Positions 17,202 through 26,817 are shown, counted from the first letter of the stretch. The stretch is DNA of 39,785 bases from an uncultured Candidatus Bathyarchaeia archaeon (GCA_964562925.1 CAZLVF010000003.1:32467-72251), one strand, 5' to 3'. The notes: generated by a model not told the origin, from the sequence alone. Numbers and translations: made by a program.

Positions 17202-18233
17202 TCAGCTCCGAAGTGGTAGAACCTCTTTTTCCGCAGCGGCTAACTCACTTTGCGTTAGTGGTCTAGGATAGTTGTATAGAGGGCCTCCAGCTCTTTCGTT
17301 GTAGAACGGTCTGTTGCAATCCGGGCAGCCAGAGGTTAGGAAAGGTCGGCCAGACACGACAGTCTCCTTTAGGTCTTCCAAAGAGATCCCATACTTCAAC
17401 AAGTCACCTTTCTGGTTAAACTTCATCATAGAATATGTTGCTCTTCCAGTCGTGAGCAGGTATTGGGCTATCTGGATCTTCCTGTAACGGGCGATAGGTG
17501 GTTGGGAAAAGGTCTCGAGGGGGGTTCCCTTGATCGGCGTGAAGGCGAAGAGGCTGGTATGAACGCCCATATCGATCATCTTTTGGATCGCGACGACGAG
17601 CGCGGCATCGGTCTCCCCTAAACCGACTATGAAATGTGTAGTAACTCGTCCCTTGCCGAGGATTGAGACCGATGACTCGAGTGCGTTAATATGCTCTTGC
17701 CAAGTGTATGCGCCGCCAGCTTCGTGGCCTTTGATCTTGGAGAAGAGTTCTTCCGTGGCAGCGTCTAAAGGAATCCCTATACGATCTAGTCCAGCGTCGG
17801 CCAAGCGTTGGAGCTGCTTACCTTGAAAAGGCTGACATGAAAGTGACATGGGAAGATTGGTTTCCGAATGAATCGACCCGATCAGGTTCAAGACATCTGC
17901 GAAAGCACTATGATAGTTGACGGTTTGGAGGCATACGCGTCGGGCAGATCCTTCGTCGTTGGTTTTCCGAATCTTGGAGATTACCTGATCTGTGGGAAAA
18001 ACCGGCCATGTAACCCTAGAAAGGAAGTAGGAGTTACTCGTGCTGGACCTCGCTTGGGAGCAGAACTGACAATTGGCTAGGCACTTGCCTCTGTGGTATG
18101 TCAGCAGGTATATGGTCGTGGGTAGAGCGCCTATGGAACCCTTCATGAGCCCAAGCGCGAAAGCAGAACCCAAAGATACCCGAATACGCCTAGGAGTTGC
18201 CTCAGACCGATAATCATGACCCCTTCTATCCAA
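17202..18233 (-). CDS. lipS2: radical SAM lipoyl synthase subunit LipS2-like
   Basis: CLANCQFC (CX3CX2C), LSRVTWP and C-terminal TSGCPDCNRP, matching the TxGCPxC(N/D)RP motif I recall for archaeal LipS2; adjacent to a lipoate ligase. Confidence 0.8.
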   Translation of the reverse strand: MDRRGHDYRSEATPRRIRVSLGSAFALGLMKGSIGALPTTIYLLTYHRGKCLANCQFCSQARSSTSNSYFLSRVTWPVFPTDQVISKIRKTNDEGSARRVCLQTVNYHSAFADVLNLIGSIHSETNLPMSLSCQPFQGKQLQRLADAGLDRIGIPLDAATEELFSKIKGHEAGGAYTWQEHINALESSVSILGKGRVTTHFIVGLGETDAALVVAIQKMIDMGVHTSLFAFTPIKGTPLETFSQPPIARYRKIQIAQYLLTTGRATYSMMKFNQKGDLLKYGISLEDLKETVVSGRPFLTSGCPDCNRPFYNERAGGPLYNYPRPLTQSELAAAEKEVLPLRS

Positions 18234-18553
18234 GAGTTGGACCGCTGTAGGCTAGCGGTATCGATCTATCTATGCATTTCGGGGCAGTGGGACGATCCTC
18301 GCAATGTCAGCAAAGGTATATCGGACCGTCGTACGATATCAACTCTCTTGACAGAACATCCATCGCCATTGCAAGTCTTGAATCTTCATTAGATACTTTG
18401 GAGATGCAGGTAGCTACCTTACGACGCCAGATCTGCTAAGAAAACAGAAGGGTTAAATTTCTGTTCACTGCACTCTGCCAAAGAATCGCTCTGCCGAATA
18501 GACTGTTTCGTACGCTCTGAGGGCGGTAGCCCTACTTGATCAAGACTCAGTGA

Positions 18554-19564
18554 GTGGCAATGAAAGTAGGACTGGTCATTCTCTCGCTTATCCTGATGTT
18601 GACCAGCATTCAAACACTTACAGGGGAGTCTGCGAACGCGATACCTGCTTTCATGTTGATCCGTTATGGGACCTGCAGAGATATCAATCCAATAACCGCT
18701 GAGCCAATCAGTCTTACAGACGAGTTCTCTCGAAATGATTCAAAGATCTATGCGTGGTTCATGATTGGCTACACCTTACCAACAAATGCAACATATACTT
18801 GGAAATGGTTCGACCCTATAGGCAACCTCTATCAGGAAACCTCACTCAACCACTCGGGAAACGGACCTTGGAGCATTTACGGGGAACCGCTTGACGTAAG
18901 GACGATCCCCTTAGAAAGGAGGGTTGGGCTGTGGCACATCGACGTCTACATCGACAACATTCTCCTGTTTAGGCAGGACTTTACGATAGGAAAATATCTA
19001 GTTGTTGTCGCTGTAAAGGGCCTTCCGAAAACACTGAAAACCACTGTCATTGTTGATGGAAGTCAGACGGAGCAGATTCAAGGATCGACAGACTATACCT
19101 TCCAGTTTGATGAAGGGACATTTCATATACTAGTATTCGAGCGTTATGTCAGCGGAGGCGAAGGAATAAGATACGTTACCACGACGGAGGCGTTGAACAT
19201 CTCAGGCCGGGAACTCGGTAAGGTCGACTACTCGGCTCAGTACTACCTTCAGGTGAACTCGCCATTCGGAAATCCGGAAGGCTCTGGATGGTACCAGAAG
19301 GGGGTTACGGCTAATTTCTCGATCACTTCCCCGACATATGATTATTTGGCTACCAAGCACACGTTCGCGGGTTGGACTGGTGACTACATGGGCTCAGAAC
19401 CGTTCGGAGCGATGGAGATGGATGGACCTAGAACGGTTGATGCGCTATGGGAAAGCGACTACTCTCTCACGTACATTCTGCTGGGATCGATTCTAGCTAT
19501 CATGATGGCTATATCCGCGGTGAAGATAAGGAGGAAGAGAGCGGCTAGAGTTAGATCTATCTAA
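18554..19564 (+). CDS. membrane-anchored surface protein with beta-sandwich/repeat domains
   Basis: Signal peptide, QYYLQVNSPFGNPEGSGWY..FAGWTGD module, C-terminal TM and basic tail. Confidence 0.75.
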   Translation: MAMKVGLVILSLILMLTSIQTLTGESANAIPAFMLIRYGTCRDINPITAEPISLTDEFSRNDSKIYAWFMIGYTLPTNATYTWKWFDPIGNLYQETSLNHSGNGPWSIYGEPLDVRTIPLERRVGLWHIDVYIDNILLFRQDFTIGKYLVVVAVKGLPKTLKTTVIVDGSQTEQIQGSTDYTFQFDEGTFHILVFERYVSGGEGIRYVTTTEALNISGRELGKVDYSAQYYLQVNSPFGNPEGSGWYQKGVTANFSITSPTYDYLATKHTFAGWTGDYMGSEPFGAMEMDGPRTVDALWESDYSLTYILLGSILAIMMAISAVKIRRKRAARVRSI

Positions 19565-19580
19565 TATTCCTCTTCTGATC

Positions 19581-20657
19581 CTACTCCATCTTCCAGTAGG
19601 GCGATAGCGCCTCCTTCGCTTCTTCCACCGCCAACTCAACACTTCTCATTACGGTCGGCAGCGTCTTCCGAGTTTTGTCATTGGGATCATAAGACACTCC
19701 AGCCATAGCAGAGAGAGTAGCCAGAGCAGCGTCTGGCAGGATTTTTCCATAGCCTCCCTCAAGCGTTACGACGCATCTCCCTTGACACAGAGAACTGGCT
19801 AATCGTATGGTTGAGTTGAAGAGATCCCTGAAGCCTTGGGCTGAGAGGTCCATGCCAGTAATCGGGTCGTCGTGAAGCGCATCAAAACCGACAGAGGCCA
19901 AAATCCATTCTGGGTCGAACTGTTCTGCAATGGGTTCAACTATGTCGGCCATAGCTTTCGCGTATGCGTCGTCGCTGCTCCCAGGTGGTAAGGGAATGTT
20001 TACAGTGTATCCTACTCCTTCACCTTCTCCCATCTCGTTTATTGATCCTGTACCCGGGTATAGTGTTCTTCCATCTTGATGGATGCTTAAATACATCACA
20101 CTTGAACTAGCATAGAAGATCTCTTGCGTTCCATTTCCATGGTGGCAGTCATAATCAAGTATCAGGACCCTGTCTATTCCATGTTCGCGTCTGAGTTTCT
20201 CAGCAGCAACTGCAACATTATTGAATATGCAGAAGCCCGCTGTAGGAGCTGTTAGAGCTCTACCGCTTGCTCCTGCATGGTGTCCGGGAGGTCTTACCAG
20301 CGCGATAGCGTTTGAGAACTCTCTTGCCAATATTCTTTCACATGCCACAAGCAGACCACCAACTGCCAGTCGAGCCACATCGTAGCTTTCCGGGCAGATA
20401 GAAGTATCAGAATCTAAGTGTCTCAGTCCCTTCTCGCAACTCCTCTTCACACGCTCAACATACTCGGAACTGTGGACGAGTTCGACTTCTTCTCTAGAAG
20501 CCAGCCTAGGCTCAACCAAGGTTCCGAACGTTTTACCTTTAGCTCTTTCCTGTTCTAGCCTCTCCATGATGCTTTGAAGTCTAGTCGGAGACTCTGGGTG
20601 AAAGTGCCCTGTATCATGTTCAAGGTACCTGCTGCTGTAGACTATAGCGGTGCCCAA
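19581..20657 (-). CDS. Zn-dependent histone deacetylase family protein (AcuC/HDAC)
   Basis: HPESPTR, RPPGHHA, GFCIFNN, DCHHGNGTQ, YPGTG, GFDA and LEGGY. Confidence 0.93.
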   Translation of the reverse strand: MGTAIVYSSRYLEHDTGHFHPESPTRLQSIMERLEQERAKGKTFGTLVEPRLASREEVELVHSSEYVERVKRSCEKGLRHLDSDTSICPESYDVARLAVGGLLVACERILAREFSNAIALVRPPGHHAGASGRALTAPTAGFCIFNNVAVAAEKLRREHGIDRVLILDYDCHHGNGTQEIFYASSSVMYLSIHQDGRTLYPGTGSINEMGEGEGVGYTVNIPLPPGSSDDAYAKAMADIVEPIAEQFDPEWILASVGFDALHDDPITGMDLSAQGFRDLFNSTIRLASSLCQGRCVVTLEGGYGKILPDAALATLSAMAGVSYDPNDKTRKTLPTVMRSVELAVEEAKEALSPYWKME

Positions 20658-20815
20658 AACCTTCAGCTCTTTGTATAATGATTCAGTAGGAAACGTACTT
20701 GGGTTATTTTAGGCATTCCGAGATCTTCTCTGGAATTTGTCTCCAAACCTTTTCAAACCTGAACTATTATCTTCAGTTGTAGCGGTAGAGACGCTGCTGA
20801 TGTGGCGGAAAAGGC

Positions 20816-21994
20816 TTGGACGTATCAGAGGAGGTTGACTTTCTATCTCGCCTAGTTGAGATCGATACAGATGCAAACACCAAGGCCGGATATGTTGAGT
20901 GCTCGAACCTTATACGAGCAGAGGCGGAAAAACTAGGGCTAAGAACTCGAGTCTATGATGCACAGGATCTATCCGATGATAAGAAACCCCGCCCCAACGT
21001 CATCGTTGACCTTGACGTTGGAGCCGACCAAACAATCCTCCTGGCGGCGCATTATGACGTTGTACCCGCCGGAACAGGTTGGAGACATCATCCGTTTCAA
21101 ACTGAAATTGTTGGGGACCGTGTGTATGGCCGCGGGACCAGTGATGATAAGGGAGCCATAGTTGCAGCGCTTTCAGCGATGGACGAACTGTCTCATACGA
21201 AGGGTAAGGTGAACCTCTCGCTTCTTGCCACACCTGATGAAGAGGTTGGTGGCAGGCTAGGTTTAGGTTACTTGGTAAATGAGGTGGGCATTGGAGGAGA
21301 CGCAGTCGTGATACTTGACGCTGGGCCTGAAGTGATCTCTGTGGGGGCTAGTGGTGTGGTCTGGGGAAGGGTTCTTGCAAAGGGGAGGCAAGGCCATGCT
21401 GGTTATCCTCATAAGGCTCTCAACGCCATTGACCTAGGGCTGCCTCTACTCGTGCGGCTTTCAAGGTACTCTAAGGTGCGAGAGAAGGCCCGGTCAAGGA
21501 TCTTGGCACCTCCGGGTTCCCCTCACAAGTTCATTCATGGAAGGTTTTCTTTGACCATGTTGAGGTCAGGCGACAAAGAGAACATTATCCCAGGCTTGTG
21601 TGAGGCACGATTCGACCTCAGAATTAACCCGGATGAAGACTCTGCCAAGGCGAAGCGGGATTTCAAGGTGTACTTCTCCAAGTTGGTACGGAAGCAGAGA
21701 GTAAGGGCCAGTCTAGAGTTCACCGCGACCAATCCAAACTATTTTACGGATCCTGCGGAACACGTTGTCAAGAGCTTTCTTCGGGCAGTGAAATTGACTT
21801 CAGGGAGATCCTTGCCCGTCGCTGGCGAGTTTGGAGGCAATGACGGACATTACTTTGCTAGAGCGGGTGTTCCTGTTGTATGCTTTGGTCTTTCACGATC
21901 TGACTGTGGAGTTCATGGTGTCGACGAGTTCGTGTACGTCAAGGATCTAGCCCTTGTAAAAAAAGCAATCATCAATCTTTGCAAAGTATGGTAG
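20816..21994 (+). CDS. M20 family metallopeptidase/deacylase (ArgE/DapE-like)
   Basis: AHYDVVP, YGRGTSDDKG, DEEVGG, GHAG and HGVDE. Confidence 0.9.
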   Translation: MDVSEEVDFLSRLVEIDTDANTKAGYVECSNLIRAEAEKLGLRTRVYDAQDLSDDKKPRPNVIVDLDVGADQTILLAAHYDVVPAGTGWRHHPFQTEIVGDRVYGRGTSDDKGAIVAALSAMDELSHTKGKVNLSLLATPDEEVGGRLGLGYLVNEVGIGGDAVVILDAGPEVISVGASGVVWGRVLAKGRQGHAGYPHKALNAIDLGLPLLVRLSRYSKVREKARSRILAPPGSPHKFIHGRFSLTMLRSGDKENIIPGLCEARFDLRINPDEDSAKAKRDFKVYFSKLVRKQRVRASLEFTATNPNYFTDPAEHVVKSFLRAVKLTSGRSLPVAGEFGGNDGHYFARAGVPVVCFGLSRSDCGVHGVDEFVYVKDLALVKKAIINLCKVW

Positions 21995-22052
21995 GGTCTC
22001 ACGACGGCCCGGGAGAGTTCAGGGTGAGTTTGGATCGGGCGTTGCCCGCTGC

Positions 22053-22289
22053 CTATTTGCCTTCCATAACTATCATCGTAAGAGTGCTTCTAACGTACCC
22101 TAGTCTTCGAATCTTTGTCACTACCACTTCCTTGAGTTCTCGAACGTCGCCAGTCTCCACCTTGGCAACGATGTCATATACGCCATAGACGAAGTAGGCT
22201 TCTTTCACGGCGGGGACCTTTCTCAGCTCTCCCAAAACTTCATTCTCTTTCCCAACGTCCGCGTTTATTAGAACATATGCCATGGCCAT
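22053..22289 (-). CDS. stand-alone Lrp/AsnC ligand-binding (RAM) domain protein
   Basis: MAMAYVLIN...VYGVYDIVAKV...IRRLGYVRSTLTMIV; start uncertain. Confidence 0.88.
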   Translation of the reverse strand: MAMAYVLINADVGKENEVLGELRKVPAVKEAYFVYGVYDIVAKVETGDVRELKEVVVTKIRRLGYVRSTLTMIVMEGK

Positions 22290-22470
22290 TATGGTCATCT
22301 GCCGGAATGTATTTTTCAACTCTAATTATAGCTTTTCGATTGAACGATTAACGGTTTCCTCTTCGGACCGAATCAGAGCTTAGCTCAACTATGCCAGCTG
22401 TACGGGAAACTCTATTATGCATAATGATCGAAGAGCCAGGGCGACGCGGTGCCTCCGCCGGTTTGGGTAG

Positions 22471-23028
22471 CTACACCGTTTCCACTAGCCAACTCTCTAT
22501 TTCGGGAAGGTTTCTCGTGACGTAGAGAATACCGCAGATACTTTTCGCATCTTTGATAGTTCCTTGCACGATCATATTCACAGCCTCTCCAACTCTTACA
22601 GTAATCGTTTTCATGAACTCGTCAGATTCTGTGCGTCGACCAACATACTTCAGGCCAGCGGCTACATACTCATGGATTAACTCGTTACTGTAACCTGGAG
22701 CTACGTAGCAACTAAACATTCTCTTCATCCTATTCGCCTTATACCCCGTTTCCTCAACGAGTTCTCTACTGGCACATCGCCGAGGCTTTTCGCCCTTCTC
22801 AAGTGTTCCTGCAGGAATCTCTAGAAGCCATCCGTCGACCGAATGTCTCAACTGTTTGACCATGAGGATGCTAGAATGATCTTTAAAGGCAACAATGGCG
22901 ACTGCGCCTGGATGTTTAACAACCTCGCGGCGCGCCACACGTCCATCTGGCAGCCTAACTTCATCCACCCTAAACCTTAACACTTTGCCATCGTAGATCC
23001 TATGGGATCTGACAACTTTTCCAATCAA
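22471..23028 (-). CDS. Nudix hydrolase, ADP-ribose pyrophosphatase-like
   Basis: REVVKHPGAV, Nudix box GTLEKGEKPRRCASRELVEETGY, APGYSNE and IKDAKS. Confidence 0.9.
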   Translation of the reverse strand: MIGKVVRSHRIYDGKVLRFRVDEVRLPDGRVARREVVKHPGAVAIVAFKDHSSILMVKQLRHSVDGWLLEIPAGTLEKGEKPRRCASRELVEETGYKANRMKRMFSCYVAPGYSNELIHEYVAAGLKYVGRRTESDEFMKTITVRVGEAVNMIVQGTIKDAKSICGILYVTRNLPEIESWLVETV

Positions 23029-23108
23029 ATTGCGGATCTCCTAGAAGGGGTCTGTCGCCAAGACTTGCATTCAACGGTCCGGCTCTTCCATACTCACAAA
23101 ATGACCGG

Positions 23109-23324
23109 TCATATCTGCATCGGTTTCTCCCCGAGAATTTCCTCAAGGGCGGCGACTCTTCCTATAGCCATCGCTCTGACTATATTGTCTGATGGTGTGC
23201 CCCCGTTCGGTATCTTCTTCACGTACTCTTGTTTAATCTCCTTCACGAAACCATCGAATAGGTTCCAGAATTCAGTTACCTCCGGACTCTTGAGCACAAG
23301 CTCTTTGCTCTCGACTGGAATCAT
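23109..23324 (-). CDS. small hypothetical protein
   Basis: 71 aa helical ORF co-oriented with the Nudix gene; start uncertain (TTG 23372 possible). Confidence 0.55.
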   Translation of the reverse strand: MIPVESKELVLKSPEVTEFWNLFDGFVKEIKQEYVKKIPNGGTPSDNIVRAMAIGRVAALEEILGEKPMQI

Positions 23325-23516
23325 TCTTTGAAACTCTGATCGTAGAACCTTCAAGTTCAATTTCAATCGCAATCACTGTCAGAGAACATGAGAATCAGTG
23401 ATTTAAACAGGCAGGCCAGTTTCCGTCTAGTATTCTGTTGCTGGATTCTTGGACTTCAAAAGCTTTAAGCGAATGCCGGGGCCAGTCTGTACAACCTGAA
23501 CGAAGGTTCCTACCCC

Positions 23517-24650
23517 ATGCAGAGCCTGAAGGATCTAGAGGTCGGTACGCTGAGAAGTGAGCCGGTCACCATTCCACCAGCCCTTTCTGTATCTAAGCTC
23601 ATCGGAACCTTGAAGGAATATGATGCATACGAAGCGTTTGTAGTTGAGGCATCAAGAATTGGAATGGTCACGATGCGCGACATACTAAGAGTGAAGAACG
23701 TTTCAACAAGAAAGATTTCTACAATTGTTACGTATATACCCAAATTGTCATCCGAACAGAAGGTTGGCGAAGCTGCTAGAATAATGTCTGACTATAGGAT
23801 CAGAGCTCTCCCGATAGTATACGGGCACGATTTTGTGGGCGTAGTTCAGGCCCGATCGATCCTGACAGCGTCGAAAAAGTCCGAGATATGGAACATCCAG
23901 GTGGAGAAGGCTATGAAAGCACATCCTGTGACCCTAGACGAGCCAGCCTCAACCATGAAAGCTAGAAATCTGATGGTTAGAAGAGACATCGATCACCTTC
24001 CTGTGATGGGACAGAGGGGATTGCACGGTATGCTGACTTCCAGCCACATCGTCTTTCATATGGTTCCACCCGAATCTCCTAGAAAGGATGCTAGGATACC
24101 TGAAAGCCAACGTAGACTCGATATGCCGGTCAAAGCTTTAATGGATCGAGATCCGATCTGTTGCAACGCAGGTGACAGGATAAACGCGGTTCTTGATTTG
24201 ATGACGCAAAGAAATGCTGACTATTGCTTGGTGAAGCTTTGGGAAGAACTTCAAGGTATTCTAACGTATAGAGACTTGATGAGTCTCCTCGTAGAGAAGC
24301 CTGAGAGCCGCATTCCAGTATATATCGTGGGTCTTCCGCAAGACCCTTTTGAAGCTGAAACGGCAAAAGCAAAGTTCATCAGGATAGTGAACTCGATAAG
24401 CAGAAGCTTTCCATCCATTGAGGAGGCGCGATCCAAGATAAAAACTGAGGAACGTAAAGGCAAGGAGAGACGGAGATATGAGGTTAGCGTCACTATCAAA
24501 ACAACTAAGAGAGTGTACAGTTACTCAGAGACTGGTTGGGATCTTCCTGGTATCTACGACACTATTTCGTCAAGGTTGAAGAGACTGATGTCCGAGAAAC
24601 CTTCTAGAAAGGCGGCAGATGTGCGCGGAATTCGTCCCAACATAGAATAG
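23517..24650 (+). CDS. 4xCBS-domain protein with C-terminal HPF/RaiA-like domain (candidate ribosome hibernation factor)
   Basis: Four CBS repeats (IRALPIV, IDHLPVM, GILTYRDL), then IPVYIVGL-helix-YEVSVTIKT..YSYSETGWDL-helix. Confidence 0.75.
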   Translation: MQSLKDLEVGTLRSEPVTIPPALSVSKLIGTLKEYDAYEAFVVEASRIGMVTMRDILRVKNVSTRKISTIVTYIPKLSSEQKVGEAARIMSDYRIRALPIVYGHDFVGVVQARSILTASKKSEIWNIQVEKAMKAHPVTLDEPASTMKARNLMVRRDIDHLPVMGQRGLHGMLTSSHIVFHMVPPESPRKDARIPESQRRLDMPVKALMDRDPICCNAGDRINAVLDLMTQRNADYCLVKLWEELQGILTYRDLMSLLVEKPESRIPVYIVGLPQDPFEAETAKAKFIRIVNSISRSFPSIEEARSKIKTEERKGKERRRYEVSVTIKTTKRVYSYSETGWDLPGIYDTISSRLKRLMSEKPSRKAADVRGIRPNIE

Positions 24651-24760
24651 AAAGAGCTTCGTTCCCTTTCTGACTGGATGTTCGCCGAATAATCTTTCAT
24701 TATTCGATGATCCTTTGCCGTTGGAGAGCATTAACAGCTTAACAAAGAGCCGGTCTATAG

Positions 24761-25708
24761 ATGCATGGACGGTTCTCATTTGCAGGAGGAAAGGCGACCA
24801 AGCTCTCCAAGTATGGTTCCACATCAGGCGAACGGATCCGCCGGGCAGTGGTGTCTGCCACACTTTGTTCAGCTAACAAGCTCGAGTACCATCTGATAGA
24901 TTCAGAGTGGAAATGGCATTACCTAATGTCCCACGAGGCCCAGCAGCTTTTGGATGCCTCGCCTGGATTGACGACGGTGTTGACCTTCTCTTCTAGGCAT
25001 CTGAATTCTCTTCGGATAGTGAGGCAGACTGTTCAGTCGCTAAAGACTGGAGAGGGTTTGGCCCTTAACTTGGTGGTAGGCAACAAGGCCTACATGACTG
25101 ATAGAGAGGCGCGAAGACCACCCGTCAGGACGCTTGTTGACATGGTAAAATTTGCCAAACGCAACTTCTCTTATGTTCCAACATTCATTGGAACTGAGGG
25201 GCTAACAAGAAAGGCTGTAGAGTTGGCCGAACAATATGACCTCGTGCCTATGCTCCTCCTCGACAAGACTTTGGAAAAGAGCATGAAGGTTATCAGGGAT
25301 TACAGCGGTATGAAACGTGTCGCTCTCTATGTTCCCTACTTGGTGTCAAGCAACTATCCACGACTGCTTCATGACATACTCTACCGTCTCTCAGGCTACA
25401 TACTCAGGAGAACTTGGGTGCAGAAAGAAATGAGACGCCTCGGATATGAACCGACCCTGAGAACATTGGGAGCTGTCATCCAAGAGAAAAAACCGCTCTC
25501 TCCTCGTTTGATGTCAAGCGAGTTGGGTATCTTTCTGAAGAAAGCTGCGTCGACACTCACCATATATGGAACGCCTGATGCTGTAGCGGAAAGGATGAGA
25601 TTCCTTAAGAATCTCGGAATCACAACTGTATTTGGCTTTCCTATCAAAGAGAATGAACAACAAATAGTAACGTTTGGAGAATGTGTAAGAAAGACAAACA
25701 TATCCTAG
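24761..25708 (+). CDS. hypothetical protein, possibly a divergent luciferase-like (LLM) TIM barrel
   Basis: C-terminal LTIYGTPDAVAERMRFLKNLGITTV resembles the LLM/Mer end; the rest is only weakly similar. Confidence 0.5.
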   Translation: MHGRFSFAGGKATKLSKYGSTSGERIRRAVVSATLCSANKLEYHLIDSEWKWHYLMSHEAQQLLDASPGLTTVLTFSSRHLNSLRIVRQTVQSLKTGEGLALNLVVGNKAYMTDREARRPPVRTLVDMVKFAKRNFSYVPTFIGTEGLTRKAVELAEQYDLVPMLLLDKTLEKSMKVIRDYSGMKRVALYVPYLVSSNYPRLLHDILYRLSGYILRRTWVQKEMRRLGYEPTLRTLGAVIQEKKPLSPRLMSSELGIFLKKAASTLTIYGTPDAVAERMRFLKNLGITTVFGFPIKENEQQIVTFGECVRKTNIS

Positions 25709-25750
25709 GTCGGAACATTAGCAACGGGCTATGTATGTGGGACAGCAACT

Positions 25751-26167
25751 TTGAAAGCCTCATTTCGTGAAATCGAGATCTCGACAGATAGAAGGCGACA
25801 GCTGGTAGACATTACCGACAGTGTCGAAAAAACTGTGAGGGAAAGCGGGGTCGAGAATGGAATATGCCTAGTTCATACACTCCATTCGACAACCGCCATC
25901 GTGATTAACGAACATGAAAGCGGTTTAATGAATGACATATTGGCCAAAATAGCAACAGACTATCCGCCTAGAGTAGGATGACATCACGACAGGGTTGACG
26001 ACAATGCCGACGCGCATCTCGCCTCTGCCTTCACTGGTCCGTCAAGGGCTCTGCCCGTGAGAGCCAAGCGTCTTGTTCGAGGAACTTGGCAGAACATATT
26101 CTTTCTCGAGTTGGATGGCCCGAGAGCAGGGAGAAGAATACTCGTCGAAGTCTTGGAATCGCAGTGA
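25751..26167 (+). pseudogene. yjbQ: YjbQ/UPF0047 family gene interrupted by in-frame TGA at 25979-25981
   Basis: DIT..V..SGVENG..HSTTAIVINE.E before the stop; HD..DNADAHL and GTWQNIFFLELDGPR in the same frame after it. Confidence 0.85.
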
Positions 26168-26280
26168 CTTCTGAACGTATTTTCGGCCACGGCGCGTAGC
26201 AACCATAAAAGTGACTTGGAAAGACGCGAATCCTTATCGGAAGCCTTGCTTTGCATCTACGCTCTTTCGAGACGTTAGGG

Positions 26281-26318
26281 TTATATATTACCTATAGGTA
26301 AGGTTACCTAAAGGTAAC
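26281..26318 (+). promoter_or_regulatory. TATA box followed by tandem palindromic operator TTACCTAWAGGTAA x2
   Basis: TTATATAT at 26281, perfect palindrome TTACCTATAGGTAA at 26288-26301 and near-perfect GTTACCTAAAGGTAAC at 26303-26318. Confidence 0.8.
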
Positions 26319-26322
26319 ATCA

Positions 26323-26763
26323 ATGACCCTCAAACTCCAACTCGTCAAAGGTAGCCGTATTCTATGCGAGGTGCCTTTGTCAGTTGGCGAGTGGACTAGG
26401 CATAGTCTTGAGCTCGAGATCCATGAGATGCAGAGAGAACTTGAGAACTTCGCTAAGGTGATGGGGGTTCTCGGCAACGCGAATAGAGTGCGGATGGTGG
26501 CGCGGCTGATGGAAGACGGCGACTTTACACTGGGTTTCAAAGACTTCATTGAAGAACTCGGCTTGAACCCGAAACTCGTGAGAGAACATGCCAAGAGATT
26601 GAGTGAAGCAGGTTTTCTAGAGTCGCCGCAAAGGGGAAAGTATAGTCTTTCTCCTTTAGGACGCATAAGATTCCTAGCCGTAGGACCAGGAATGCGAAGA
26701 ATACTTCAAGAGATCAGCGACCAGCTCGAGACAATTGAGGAGCTAGGGCCTAGGAGAAAATAG
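26323..26763 (+). CDS. ArsR-like winged-helix transcriptional regulator
   Basis: LGNANRVRMVARL...FIEELGLNPKLVREHAKRLSEAGFL...GKYSLSPLG. Confidence 0.82.
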   Translation: MTLKLQLVKGSRILCEVPLSVGEWTRHSLELEIHEMQRELENFAKVMGVLGNANRVRMVARLMEDGDFTLGFKDFIEELGLNPKLVREHAKRLSEAGFLESPQRGKYSLSPLGRIRFLAVGPGMRRILQEISDQLETIEELGPRRK

Positions 26764-26817
26764 GGGCATTGCGTGTGAGGTGAGCATTGTACGGACCACT
26801 TTGAGCCTTCCGACCTT

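Noticed and set aside
22414-22425. Isolated 12-bp palindrome ATTATGCATAAT (and AGGTAGCTACCT at 18408-18419)
   Set aside because: About ten palindromes of this length are expected by chance in 40 kb; no second copy or cognate regulator.
25979-25981. Genome-wide TGA=Trp recoding or selenocysteine
   Set aside because: Many genes end properly at TGA (trmI, the ABC permease with its ATGA overlap, TFS-like, rpoP). The site is not a Cys position and no SECIS was recognised.
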